From Eledone cirrhosa (Eukaryota), in assembly GCA_964016885.1 (NCBI GenBank), contig OZ024742.1, positions 299,212,001 to 299,276,000 of the forward strand: a DNA stretch of 64,000 bases, read 5' to 3'. The notes under the pieces were generated by a model. It searched no databases. It had not been told where the DNA came from and saw only the letters and a program-made list of their open reading frames with translations. The translations under genes were made by a program, and so were the position numbers. Numbering within the stretch: position 1 is the first letter of the stretch; every line of letters begins with the position of its first letter. Positions 12,601 through 25,045 of this stretch are shown here, piece by piece.

Positions 12601-14776
12601 TTAAGTGTTTCTCTCTCTTTTCTTTTCCCCCGTTTTGTGGGAGGCTAAGAATGTGGACGTAGCTTTATGGAGGCAACTAGAGAATAATTCACTCTTTTTG
12701 TTAATTAGGGTTTCATAGTTATTAATAATCAACAGGGTCTCCAATGTACAGAGCGCGCAGTTATTTGATATACTAGAGTTGCGGTAAACCCCACAGTTCC
12801 GAAGTTTAGTCCAAAGAATTGAGTATTTTAAATTCCTCTCTTTTAATGACCATATGAGCTGTGATAAAGACGTTGATGATTTCCTCTTGGAGTTCGAGAA
12901 AGAGCATTTATGGTTCGCAAATCTGGCTTTAAATGTAGAAGAAGTCGATCCTATGGAGTTGTATGTGTTGTGATCATTTTTTCGGTGCATTTATAAACCA
13001 AATTAGTATCTAGACAATTATTTTGCAAAGGGCAATCAGTTTTATTTCTACAATTACATTTTGGTTTAGTATCATTTATGTTAACTCTATTATTAAGATC
13101 ATTATGCTGGTTTTGTTTTAGGATTTTAGTGTTTAATTTGACAATGTTTTGGGCCATGTTCATAGTTGTAGAATACGAGAATTTAAATGGATGTCTATTA
13201 AAAATGGAATGGTATTTATGTTGAGTAGGGAAAGAGGTGTCCAAAGCGTTAAAGAATAATTTTGCAATTGGTGTTTTAACTGCGATCGAAGCAGGAGGGG
13301 TGAACCATATGACTGATTTAGTTCTAGTTCTTATCCTCGATTTATTTGGCGTATGGGTGTTTGAATTATAATTATTAGAGTTTATATTATATATGTTATT
13401 ATTTTTATTAAGATTAATACTTGGATTATTATTATCTACATATTCTATATTATTCATATATCCTGCTCTTTTTAACGCGTTGTAGTATTCAGCGTTTTCA
13501 TCGAATATAGCCTTATTGGCTGATATTTTATTAATTCGTTTTTGCACACTATTTACTATAGCTTTTTTTTTTACAGATTTAGGGTGATTGGAATGGTTAC
13601 TAACATAGTTTAAGTTTTCATTGGGCTTATGAAAAGGGTAATAGAAGCCAGTGTTTAAGTTAAAGGTAACGTCTTGGAAATTAACTATTTTGGTACAAAT
13701 TTCTACTTCTAACTTAAGGTCGTACATTTTAAAGAATTTTATTATACTTTTCTTTACTCTATTTAGTTCTATATTGTTGTGTTTGACCACGGTATATAAA
13801 ATGTCGTCCCTATATAAACCACCGGTAATCTCCGGCAGTTTTCTATTTATCATATTTAATATGAAAATTCCCAGAAGATCTGTGATTTGCACGGAATCGG
13901 ATGCCCCCATAGTGATATCAAAGTTTCTATCTCTATCTGAGCGGGTCCAATGTTCGTTGTTGAAGTTAATAAGAGTTCTTCTGGCGGTTAGTATTATATC
14001 TATTTCATCCGTGGTTATATCAGTATGATTATAAGCATATGAAAGAGCCTTATTTAGAAGGTTAGGTGTTATGGAAGAATAGTAACTAGTAATGTCCATC
14101 TGGATGAATTTATGGTTTTTCTTATCTTCTATATTCGTGTACCATTCTATGACTTCCTTTGTATCTTTCCATAAGCTCAAATTAGATCTCAATTTAAGAG
14201 GGGGTAATATTCTATCTATGATGTTTTTACTGATTACTCCGATATCCGATTTCGATGGAGCAATCAGTCTAACTGGCATCTCTTCCTCAAAGTTTCTTTT
14301 GTGATCCTTCAAGTTAATCCACGGCTGCCTAGGTAAGAATGGCTCGGTTCTTCCTTCTATTCCTAAATTGGTAATTAATTTGTAGGCTTCTTCATTAATT
14401 TCAGTAAGATCATCAGCCGGGGCTTTTTTGTAATTTTTCCTAAGTTCTTTTAAAATCAAGTTGTTATATTCATCTTTGCTTATCCCATATAAATTATTAG
14501 TTTTGTCCGATTTAACCAATACTTTGTTACATTTTTTATTTCCGTGATTTTTTTCTTTTAGAGTTCTAAGGTGACCTATATATGGGTTTTTCCTAAATTT
14601 AATTTTTTTTCAAAAACCTCCAGAAGTTTGTTGTATGGAGGATTCTTTCTTGATTTAAAAAAAGATTCAAAATGATTGGTGTTGGTTTTCTTTTCGGCAT
14701 CTTTATTTTCGAAATTAAAAGCTCTCCATCTCAATCTTCTTATAAATGAATTTGTCTGTTCGATAGTTTTCCTCAT
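12601..14776 (-). pseudogene. PLE RT-endonuclease ORF (three frames)
   Basis: Consecutive ORFs in the track reconstruct one PLE polyprotein, paralogous to 58121..59602. Confidence 0.88.
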
Positions 14777-14860
14777 GTATTCTTCAATCTACTATAAAAC
14801 TCATTCTTTGATATACTCATTTAATCTTGTTTAACTCTTTAATATATATATATATACATA

Positions 14861-15023
14861 TAGAAACAAGTATGACCTCGACGGCAGAGCTCAAGCTGTT
14901 TCGACGGCTATTTCTGGCTATTTCGGGGTCATACTTGTTCCTATTTCCCACTCTACTACCCTAGGTATTGAGTACTTTGGTGCGTTATGGTCCATCTGGT
15001 TCCTTACCACAATTCCTTCGTTA
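14861..15023 (+). mobile_element. ~165-bp fold-back element, family B copy 1 (others at 21415..21572 and 56175..56352)
   Basis: Arms AACAAGTATGACC / GGTCATACTTGTT followed by a shared ~80-nt tail; flanked by (TA)n. Confidence 0.75.
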
Positions 15024-15025
15024 TA

Positions 15026-15062
<37 letters not shown>

Positions 15063-15509
15063 AGGGAGAGTGAGGGAAAGAAAAAGAGTGAGGAAGGGAG
15101 AGAGAGTGGGATAAGAAAATGCATACATACATAGATACATTTAAGAGATTTATATATATATATAAATACAGGTATATAACAAAACTTTATTTGCTGTAGA
15201 TACAGCTATATATGTCTCTTTGTGAATACGTATGTATTTTTGTACCTATCCGCCCAATTATATATTTCTATGCAGTCATAAATATAAATTACACAAACAT
15301 AGACATACACGCAGAAAGGCCTTTATACCTCATACACATGCGCATATATATATATATTGTTATGCTTTGGGAGGGTCATGTTGCCAATAAGAAACACACG
15401 CACCAGTCGCTTTCACTCCAATTTATTATAAGTTAAATTTATAAATTTAAGAATTTATAAATTTCCGGTTGGTTGGTTGGTTCCACAACCGGACGGCTGT
15501 ACATATATT

Positions 15510-15552
15510 GTCAAAGTTCTTTCGTCACACATTCTATGACCTCTTCAGTAAC
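15510..15552 (-). ncRNA. Type I hammerhead ribozyme in the inverted pLTR
   Basis: GTTA-CTGAAGA-G-GTCATA gaatg TGTGAC-GAAA-GAAC-TT-TGAC. Confidence 0.7.
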
Positions 15553-16378
15553 TGGGGATTCTTTTCTTCTTTGGAATAGAATAGAAAGAACTAGGAATAA
15601 GGTTAATAGAAAAAACTCATGGTATGATAGCAATAAATACCAGAGTGTAATGTTCATCAATACAGCCCCTAGAGGTGAATTAGCTTACAAATTTAGAAGG
15701 GCCCTAGATAAACATAAACTCAATATTAAGATAATAGAAAGACCAGGTACCTCCATAAAAACACTTATTAGCAATACATACCCCTTTCAAAGACCTCCCT
15801 GTATAGATAAGAAATGTATAATCTGTAAACTAAGCCCCCATATTAACTGTAAAACTAGAAATGTAGTATATAGCATAAGATGTACTGAAGGACAACGTAG
15901 AGACAAAAATATAGTGTACATAGGTGAGACAGCTCGTAGTATAGGAGAACGGATAAATGAACACTGGCGAGCGCTTCAAGATAGAAAAGAATCATCTGTA
16001 CTCCACCAACATGCTAAAATAGAACATAAGGGTAAATTAGAGAACATAGAAATAAAAATAGAATCTACACACAGAAAAGACGCAATGTTTAGACAAATTA
16101 CAGAGGCAATAAACATGAACTCCAACCAAAATTAAATAGAAAACATGAATGGAATAGCAATATCACAACTTACAATTAAGGACAAATTGAAAACACACAC
16201 ACACATAGAACAAACAACCAACCAGTAACATGTAAATAAACAAATAAATAAACAAATATAAACACACACAGACACCCGGATGTAACACATGCGCAAACTA
16301 AGCACACAACACACACAAAAATAAGATGGCGTAGGTCAGAACAAAGGAGAGGCACAAAAACAAAGAAAAGAATCCCCA

Positions 16379-16421
16379 GTCACTGAAGAGGTCACAAAAT
16401 GTGTGACGAAAGAACTTTGAC
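16379..16421 (+). ncRNA. Type I hammerhead ribozyme in the 3' pLTR
   Basis: GTCA-CTGAAGA-G-GTCACA aaatg TGTGAC-GAAA-GAAC-TT-TGAC, with one extra G between A9 and stem II. Confidence 0.75.
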
Positions 16422-16852
16422 AATATATGTACAACCGTCCGGTTGTGGAACCAACCAACCAACCGGAAATTTATAAATTCTTAAATTTATAAATTTAACT
16501 TATAATAAATTGGAGTGAAACACTTGGTGCGTGTGTTTCTTATTGGCAACATGACCCTCCCAAAGCATAACAATATCGGTTTCAACACACGTTTTCAGAT
16601 AAAGAATCTTGCTAAACTAATTCAGAAACGAAATATATATATATATAGAATATATAGAAATAAACACAGTAAATTGTGTAATATGAATGTAGATCGATAA
16701 AATGGTGGGTGCATAGAACCTCACATAATTAGTTCCACCTTGTTGTTCACAACTGATCAATTAAATCAGGTGCGAAAAAAAGTTTATCCGAACGAAATCT
16801 TAAACGATAAATATTATGGATCAAAAAAATATTAACACAGGAACACACATAT

Positions 16853-16936
<84 letters not shown>

Positions 16937-17567
16937 ACACATATATATATATATATATACTGTTTTACGTTTTTACTCAATTACCTGTTCTAGCCATCCG
17001 GTTGAGACTATATATATATATAAGAATGTAAGTTTTTGTATAACCAACACGCGTAAAAATAAAGGATAAAACGTTTAAAATGCAATTGGAGTCTTCAAGT
17101 AGATTTATTAATAACAACTTTACCAGTTTCACATTTTGATGATTTTCAAAGCTTATGTCTAATGAAGATCCGTATCGCAACTGATGTTTTGGGAAATTAA
17201 ATTGCTTTCCGTTTTATAAAAAAGAAATTGGCTCAGATTACTATCTGTTCAAATTATAATTGGATTGATCATGGAAAATCATCTGATGAGGTATTGAATT
17301 ATGTAGGTTTTTGCGCCAAAAATTGATGATCACGTGATTAGGAATAGGATTTCTCTTGTAGAGTTTGCTCCAGAAATTGGAAGTCTCTTGCGTCAGTGAA
17401 CGGGGCTAGTCATAATTTCAAAAGGAATTCATGCCTTTTTAATTGTGTTATGTAGTCAATTTCAAAAGGAATTCATGCCTATTGATTTGTGTTATGTACT
17501 TATGTATAGAAAGGGCTGAGGCAGTTACCCTACATTTTAAAAGTATATTGGGAGATTATTTAACTGT

Positions 17568-17608
<41 letters not shown>

Positions 17609-17956
17609 CGCGTGGGGGTGTGTGTGCGTGCGTGTGTGTATTGTGTGTGTGCGTGCGTGTGTACGTGTCTGTAGAAATATTTGTTTTATTGCCTGGTGTG
17701 TCGGAATATGAAGCGGCATCTGATAGCAAGTACATACAAATAAAAAATAAAATAAAATAATAATAACAATAAAACTGGGATACCAGAGAGGGACAGAAAG
17801 TTTTCAGGTATATAGCCGGCATCCAGCGACATCCTGTACACATTATCTAGAGAAGATGCGAGTTGGTGTACACACACCTTCAGGAAACAAGCAGTATGTA
17901 TATACATATATATATACATAGATACATTCATACACACATATATATATATATATTAT

Positions 17957-18223
<267 letters not shown>

Positions 18224-18252
<29 letters not shown>

Positions 18253-18690
18253 GCCATCGCTTGGTACTTAAACATGAGCTTCACGTACGTCGCTTTTTAG
18301 TCCTGCTAAGGACTTGCATATGGCCAGCAATACCATGCATCGCATAAAATGTCACATGTCAAGCGATGTCTGTGCTTGAAGCTTTTTTAAGTGAGAAAAG
18401 GCTTTGTACGGGGCCAATCCCACTCACTGAGCATCGAATGCTATTTCCTAAAAAGAAGAACTGGTGTACATCATTGGGTGCAAACGAAGTGGCAGGTTTT
18501 ATATCAGAGCAACCTTCTCCTAGAGTAGTGTCTTAATGAAGACTAGGAGTCTCTCGCGCCACATAAAAAACAAGCTTTATTGGTTGACTCTCCTCAGTTC
18601 CTCCCCCATTTGACGGGTTTTGTTTTTCATCCCGCAGGGTGTCCAAAACACCCTCTTGGCCAAGCAAGCTTTGTGGGGTTGCCGGATCAT
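18224..18690 (-). mobile_element. Diverged relative of the ~610-bp (TACA)n-associated non-coding element
   Basis: Shares ATG.TGGCTGC.AACTCG, AGTGAG.AAAGGC, CATCATTGG, CCTTCTCCTAG and TTTGAC.GGTTTTGTTTTT...GTCCAAA...GTGGGGTTGCC with 29131..29740. Confidence 0.6.
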
Positions 18691-18691
18691 G

Positions 18692-18751
<60 letters not shown>

Positions 18752-19034
18752 TATGTATATAGATACATATACACACATCTATATAAATGTAATCTGACTT
18801 TTTCGAATATTAATAATATTTGATTCGTTTGCAATTATGCAAACAAGCCTCATTTTTAAAGCCATGTCAGTAGAATGAGCCCCCCATTGTTGCTCTTGTG
18901 TTGGCATGTAAACAGAAAAAATTCAGATTACATTTATTGTATTCAGCGATATAGAGCGAAAATGTTATACATAACGGATGGCTGGAACAAGGAACAAGTA
19001 AAAGAGTAAAAGAGTAATATATAATATATATATA

Positions 19035-19112
<78 letters not shown>

Positions 19113-19156
19113 TATATATATATATTATTTCTCACAGACCCTCCACCTCAACTCTA

Positions 19157-19192
19157 CTTTTGAAAAGCAGAAGAACTGCGAAACCGGTAAAG
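19157..19192 (+). ncRNA. Minimal type I hammerhead, U3-A8 variant, in a ~140-bp island between (TA)n tracts
   Basis: CTT-TTGAAAA-GCAG aagaa CTGC-GAAA-CCGG-TA-AAG. Stem III is the palindrome ACCGGU and the triplet is GUA. Confidence 0.65.
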
Positions 19193-20550
19193 GAACCAAA
19201 TAAATATATATATATAAAAAAAAATAAGACTCCTGTTGCATTTTCGATTTCATCTTTTTTTCTCTATATATATATACATATGTGTGTGTGTATGTGTTTG
19301 TGAAAATGATGTGAGTGATACAGATATAGAGAGTGGGGAATCATTGCAAACATTTATTTACATACGCATGTACCGCCTCTAATAGTTATTTATGTAAGAA
19401 TGTATCACATATTGATTATGCACACCCATGCTGGAGACTACACAATTTTGAAAACAACAAAAAAGAAAATGTAAATCAGAAAGGAGTAATCACTTACGTT
19501 CTTTTTAGTGTGTAATTCAAAAACGCAAAGATACAAAACAAAATATGAATAAACAAAAATATCATTTAGCCTGCTTTTAAAATAGTAATCGATACTACAT
19601 GAAAATAATTAGAGTTTTAAAATTAGCTTCTTTTCTATAATTTTGCATTTCTAAGATTCACAAGTAAACATTCGTAATGGAAATTTTGCAGACGAATAAA
19701 AAATTAGTTGGCCAATGTATTGCCTAACACTGATAGAAAATGTTATTTAAAATGTTATTTTGTTATTTTGTTCTGAATGTTTTAGCGTTGCGTGTTCCAT
19801 TCTGTATTTACTTTATATATATAAACAACACAATATTTTAAGATTATGATCTTGAAATGACATATTTCTTAAAACATGCTTATTGAATTATTTAGAGCAA
19901 AGGTTTTCAACCCATTTCGGCCAAAGTTTTGCCCTTCGAAATCATGAAACGCCCCCTACCCTATTTTTCCATTTTTCAATATACTACTGATTTTGATATC
20001 AGTAGATTACTGGGCCAAATCAAGTTATCTTAGATTATTTAAAAAATACTCGTACGAATTAAATATAAAAAAGTTTCAGTCCAAAACAAAAGCAAACTAT
20101 TTAAAATTATATATTTTTGAAATAAATAAAAACATTTGATCTCAGTCGAAAAAGCTTCTTTTTTTTTAAATTCTATATTTCACTGTTAGCTGTTGTAATA
20201 TTTTGAGTGGATAGACAATTGAAACTGCAAAGTCAAAATACAATAGATGACAAAATATGAAGAATTTCTTACCTTTCTCTGAAATCACAAACTCAGGGGA
20301 AAAACTGTACCTTGCAAAATAATATACCTCGTAGCAAAATAAGTAGTAAGGAATGAATTGAGAAGCTTGGTGACTGAGGAAGCAATATTTTTATCCCTTA
20401 TAAACATAGATACACACACACACACACTGGCATTATTAGGAGCGGTGAAAAACGATTACACGCAAAGACAAAACCATTTATCCTTATCGAGCCCTCTTTG
20501 GATTTTAGTCTTCAAATTTGTTATTATTACTATATATATATATATATATA

Positions 20551-20975
20551 AACGGAAAAAATGAAACGAAATTTCATTTCTCACTCTTAGTACGGCTGTT
20601 ACTTAAATATAAGTATGTATACGTACATACATATATGTATACAGACGTACAGTAGTATGTATATATATATATACATACATGCACACATATATATATATAC
20701 GTATGGATTCACCGAACATTTATTATAATGCTGTGTGTTTGTAAACAAACATCCCGAATTAAGCCGTACAGTGTTTAGCAACTATCGTTGCTCATTTGTT
20801 CAACACTGACAAAGGAACGCTGTACTAGTTTCAAGCTTATTAGCTATTGTCAGCAACGTATAGATTCCTGCCAGATGGTTGAACGTCTGAAAGTATATAC
20901 TTTCCCTATGCATATTAACGGCTGAGCAGCCTAATTTGCATATCGAGTGAGTTAATCGGCCGGGGTACACCGGGG
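20551..20975 (-). mobile_element. ORF-less hammerhead-containing element, family A copy 2 (circularly permuted relative to copy 1)
   Basis: Matches 1651..2007, but the block that ends copy 1 (AACGGAAAAAATGAAACGAAATTT) begins this copy; flanked by (TA)n. Confidence 0.75.
20817..20859 (-). ncRNA. Hammerhead ribozyme, G8-to-A mutated copy
   Basis: Same fold as 1856..1898, but the core reads CTGACAA. Confidence 0.6.
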
Positions 20976-20979
20976 TATA

Positions 20980-21052
<73 letters not shown>

Positions 21053-21140
21053 AATATATATATTATACACACACACACACACATATATGTATATATATAT
21101 ATATGTGTGTGTGAGTGTGTGTGTATAATATATATATTAT

Positions 21141-21171
<31 letters not shown>

Positions 21172-21255
21172 ACCTTACACACTTAAATATAAATGCATGT
21201 ATATATATACACAAATGTATAAATGTATACATGTATGTATGTATGTAGATTTATA

Positions 21256-21291
<36 letters not shown>

Positions 21292-21308
21292 GATTTGTAT
21301 GTATATAT

Positions 21309-21363
<55 letters not shown>

Positions 21364-21382
21364 AATATATGTATGTATGTAG

Positions 21383-21414
<32 letters not shown>

Positions 21415-21416
<2 letters not shown>

Positions 21417-21569
21417 CGAAGGAAATGTGGTAAGGAACCAGGTGGACCATAACGCACCAAAGTACTCAATACTTAGGGTAGTAGAGTGGGTAATAGGAAC
21501 AAGTAAGACCCCGACGGCTGAGCTAGCCGTCGAAACGGCATGAGCTCAGCCGTCGGGGTCTTACTTGTT

Positions 21570-21572
<3 letters not shown>
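21415..21572 (-). mobile_element. Fold-back element, family B copy 2
   Basis: Perfect arms AGGAACAAGTAAGACCCCGACGGCTGAGCT / AGCTCAGCCGTCGGGGTCTTACTTGTTCCT; reverse complement of 14861..15023. Confidence 0.75.
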
Positions 21573-21633
<61 letters not shown>

Positions 21634-21636
21634 TAT

Positions 21637-22110
21637 TGGTAAACGGAATAGAAAATGCTGACAAATTGTTCACAGTTGAAAAATGGTTTAATTAGGAATA
21701 AAAGAGTATTAGTGATTGTATGGGTTAGTATTCAGTTGTGGTTTTAAGTTTTTAAGTTTTTACCGGTTGCGCATTTCTAAATGCTTTTCAAAAATAATTT
21801 TGAGATAGAGTGTCCGTGCTGTTTGCTCTGATCTGATTAGTTTTGGGAATTCTACCTGTTTTTATGTTAAAAAAGTAGCTCCAGCGTTACTTTGGTGTTG
21901 CAAAAATTCTTGTGGTCAAAACAATTTTGATTGGTCGGTAGAGGTCATGTGAATGTAAAAAATTGATTTTGCGCCAAGACTGTTTCTATGTTAAAAAAGT
22001 GGCTCCAGCAAAAATTCTCGTGGTCAAAACAATTTTGATTGGTCGGTAGAGGTCATGTGAATAAAAAATTGGTTTTGCGCCAAGATTGAGAAATGACTCT
22101 TTCACAACAA

Positions 22111-22189
<79 letters not shown>

Positions 22190-22239
22190 GATGTTGTGAT
22201 AATGGTTAGCAGCGATGTGTGTCAAATGGCTATTAAGAT

Positions 22240-22284
<45 letters not shown>

Positions 22285-22463
22285 GCAGATTAATTCGTGG
22301 TGGCAGGGATGGTCAGTAAGAATGTGTCTGAAAGCAATGGGGGGTATTTTAGCATGTCAAAAGATATTTTTCAGCTTTTGTCTTATACGGAGAAGTGCGT
22401 GTGTGTGTGTGTGTGTATATAAGTCTCTTTGTATGTTGATGTACGCGTGTGTATGTGTGTGTG

Positions 22464-22501
<38 letters not shown>

Positions 22502-24586
22502 GGTGGACCAGTATTTTTCCCCCTGGTAAAATGGTGTACATTATTCGATTTTTTCAGTAAAATTTCAGTAAGATTTTCAGGTTCTCTTAATAGAACATCA
22601 AAAATCTTAACAATAAAAGGTGTGAAATGATATTCACTATATATACATACACATACATATATTCACTACATATATATATATATATATATATACATATATA
22701 CATATATATACATATATATATGCACATACATTTTTGTGTGTTGCACCATAGAGCATGTGTGTTTACGTATGTCATTGTGTTCATATGTGGGTAGAGATGT
22801 GTGCTGATGTAGGTATGTATGTTGACGTGTGTATGTTGTGGGTTCGTCTTAGGGAGAAGTGTTTAGACGGGGTCCGTATTTGTTAATGAAGTAAGATTCC
22901 TTGCTGATGCGCTGGGTGTGGGTGGCATTATCTTTAAATTTGTAGAGGGGAAAGATTCTGAAGTTGGGATGATTTTGGGCGGCACAGGTATCAATGTGTT
23001 CACTCAGTGGTATTTTCCTGTATTCCCGTATTTTAATTTGGGATCTATGGACAGTCATGCGTTGGCGGAGGCTGTTTTTGGTCTGGCCTATGTATTGTTT
23101 TCGACAACCTGAACAAGTTAATACATATATTAGATTTTCCGATGCACATGTGAAATTGTGTTTTACTATAAAACGTTGTCCATCTTTGAAATAGAATTCC
23201 GAACCCTCTATTAGGTTGATGCAAATGCCACAATTGGGTCTATCGCATTTTTTTACTGTGGGTTTCGTTGTTGTGGTTGGCAGTACTTTAGCATGTGTTA
23301 AGATTTTTTCATTGACTTGGATTGTCTTTTGCTCTTTATGATATCGTGTGTTCGTAGAATTTGGTTCATTCTATGGTCCTTTTTCAATACAGGGATGTTC
23401 TGGAGGATGGTGTCAAAGGCCTCATTGTTGAGGGGGTTGTGTGTGGAGATGTATGGAAGAGCTTTTAGTTTTGGTTGATTTACTTTAGGGTGTCTAAGGT
23501 CCTGGGTGCTGAGTTTTAGGGCACGTTGGATTCCATTGTCAATTAGTGATGCAGGGTAGTCACTGCCTATGAGTGTGTCCTTTAGTTCTTGTAGCCGTAA
23601 GTAGCAGATGTTTTTATTGGAGACTAGAGTACAGATTCTCTTGGCTAAGTTGTAGGGAATATTAATTTTAACGTGTCTAGGGTGGCAAGAGTTGAAGGGG
23701 AGATATTGCTTGGAGTCTGTGGGCTTGTAGTATATGTCTGTTTCTATTTTTTTGTTATGGATCTTAATGAGGATGTCGAGGAAGGGGAGTTGTTGATGGC
23801 TGTATTCCATCGTGAAGTTAATATTTGTGTTGAGCCCATATATAAGGGTGTGAAATTCTTTAAGTTTTTCGATGTTTTCATGCCAAAGGATGAAGCAGTC
23901 ATCTAGATATCGCTTCCAGTTCCTTTCAATGTGTAAGGGGAGGGTGTTTCCAAATTTGTTTAGGACTTTAGTGTAGACGGTGATTTCCAGGTATCCCATG
24001 ACTAGGTTGGGAGGGGGCTGTTTTCGTTCCCATAGCGGTCCCAGATTTCTGCCTGTAGGGTTTGTTATTGAAAACGAAGTAATTGTTCTCCAAGATAAAT
24101 TTGAGTCCCTCTATCACGAATTCTTTTTTGATGCGTTGTGGGAGTTCATTGTGGAAATTATCCAGCCAGAATTGGATAGCTTCTGTTCCTAGGTTGTGGG
24201 GGATGTTGGAGTATAGGTTGACTACATCGAACGTCACTAGTAGGGTTTGTTCAGAAAGTGGCATATTAGGGAGGTGATTGAGCATATCTAGGTCGTCCCT
24301 TATATAGCTTTTGATGTGCTTGAGGAAGGGTTTGAGAAGGGTATCAATGAAGTTGCTAAGACGGTGCGTTTCGCAAGCGGTGCCTGCTATTATAGGTCTT
24401 AATTTGAGATCATTGGGTGAGGGGACATTGATGACTATGTCTGTGGCTTCCTTGCATGCCTTACTTATTGATTCGCTTTTATGTACTTTAGGGATACCGT
24501 AGAAAAGGCTGGATTTACTTGTGAAGTCTGTGATGAAGCTGAATTCCTTGTTAGTGAGTCCTTCTTTGTATTGGTTGATTAGAGTT
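21637..24586 (-). mobile_element. Penelope-like element (Neptune-type RT plus C-terminal GIY-YIG), 5'-truncated and frameshifted
   Basis: ORFs 23968..24285, 23298..23999 and 22849..23058 with LVTFDVVNLYSNIP, QKSGTAMGTKTAP, WKRYLDDCF, YYKPTDSKQYL...SCHP and ESYFINKYGPRLN. Both ends lie in (TA)n. Confidence 0.9.
21757..21796 (-). ncRNA. Degenerate U3-A8 hammerhead in the Neptune-type 3' terminus
   Basis: TTT-TTGAAAA-GCATTT ag AAATGC-GCAA-CCGG-TA-AAA. A13 is mutated to C and stem I is weak. Confidence 0.5.
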
Positions 24587-24645
24587 TATATATATATATA
24601 TATATATGTTGATATATATATATATATTTATATATATATATATGT

Positions 24646-24741
<96 letters not shown>

Positions 24742-24840
24742 ATATATGTAAGGATGTTGATATGATCTATGTATATATATATTTATATATATGTTGATAT
24801 GATCTATATATATATATATATATATATAAATATATATATA

Positions 24841-25045
24841 TATTTATTAAAATAACAGATTAAATTTTAAGCAATGAATCGCTGTTTCAGAAGATCCCGT
24901 TAAGGGTGAAAGCAGCGATTCTTTGCTTAAACTTTAATCTGTTATTTTAATAAATATTTGCTCTACGGTTCTTATATATTTGATATATATTTATCCTTAT
25001 TGAACCCTCTTTGGATTTTAGTCTTCAAATTTATTATTATTACTA
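24841..25045 (+). mobile_element. Fold-back element, family C (other pieces at 20477..20532 and 61640..61752)
   Basis: ~44-bp arms TATTTATTAAAATAACAGATTAAA...GAATCGCTG and CAGCGATTC...TTTAATCTGTTATTTTAATAAATA. The tail TTTATCCTTATCGAGCCCTCTTTGGATTTTAGTCTTCAAAT is shared with the other sites. Confidence 0.65.

Larger units (their letters stand above)
11120..14840 (-). mobile_element. Penelope-like element 1 (RT plus C-terminal GIY-YIG, probably Nematis-type), frameshifted
   Basis: ORF pieces 14576..14776, 12951..14519 and 12601..12990 with FDITMGASD, GLYRDD, CNCR..CPL...CL and a GIY-YIG remnant (SIGSTSSTFKARFANH). Long AT-rich 3' UTR with an HHR; (TA)n at both ends. Confidence 0.9.
15355..16633 (+). 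mobile_element. 5'-truncated Penelope-like element with an inverted pLTR and a GIY-YIG endonuclease remnant
   Basis: ORF 15473..16135 (NVVYSIRC...VYIGETARSIGERINEH). ~215-bp inverted repeats at 15355..15568 and 16363..16576, plus a ~57-nt tail to 16633. Each arm has an HHR; flanks are (TA)n. Confidence 0.9.

Noticed and set aside
17156-17197. CTAATGA-AGATCCGTATC-GCAA-CTG motif
   Set aside because: Two non-compensatory core changes and no stem I; indistinguishable from chance.
17283-17310. CTGATGAG hammerhead-like core
   Set aside because: No stem II, GAAA or stem I partner downstream.
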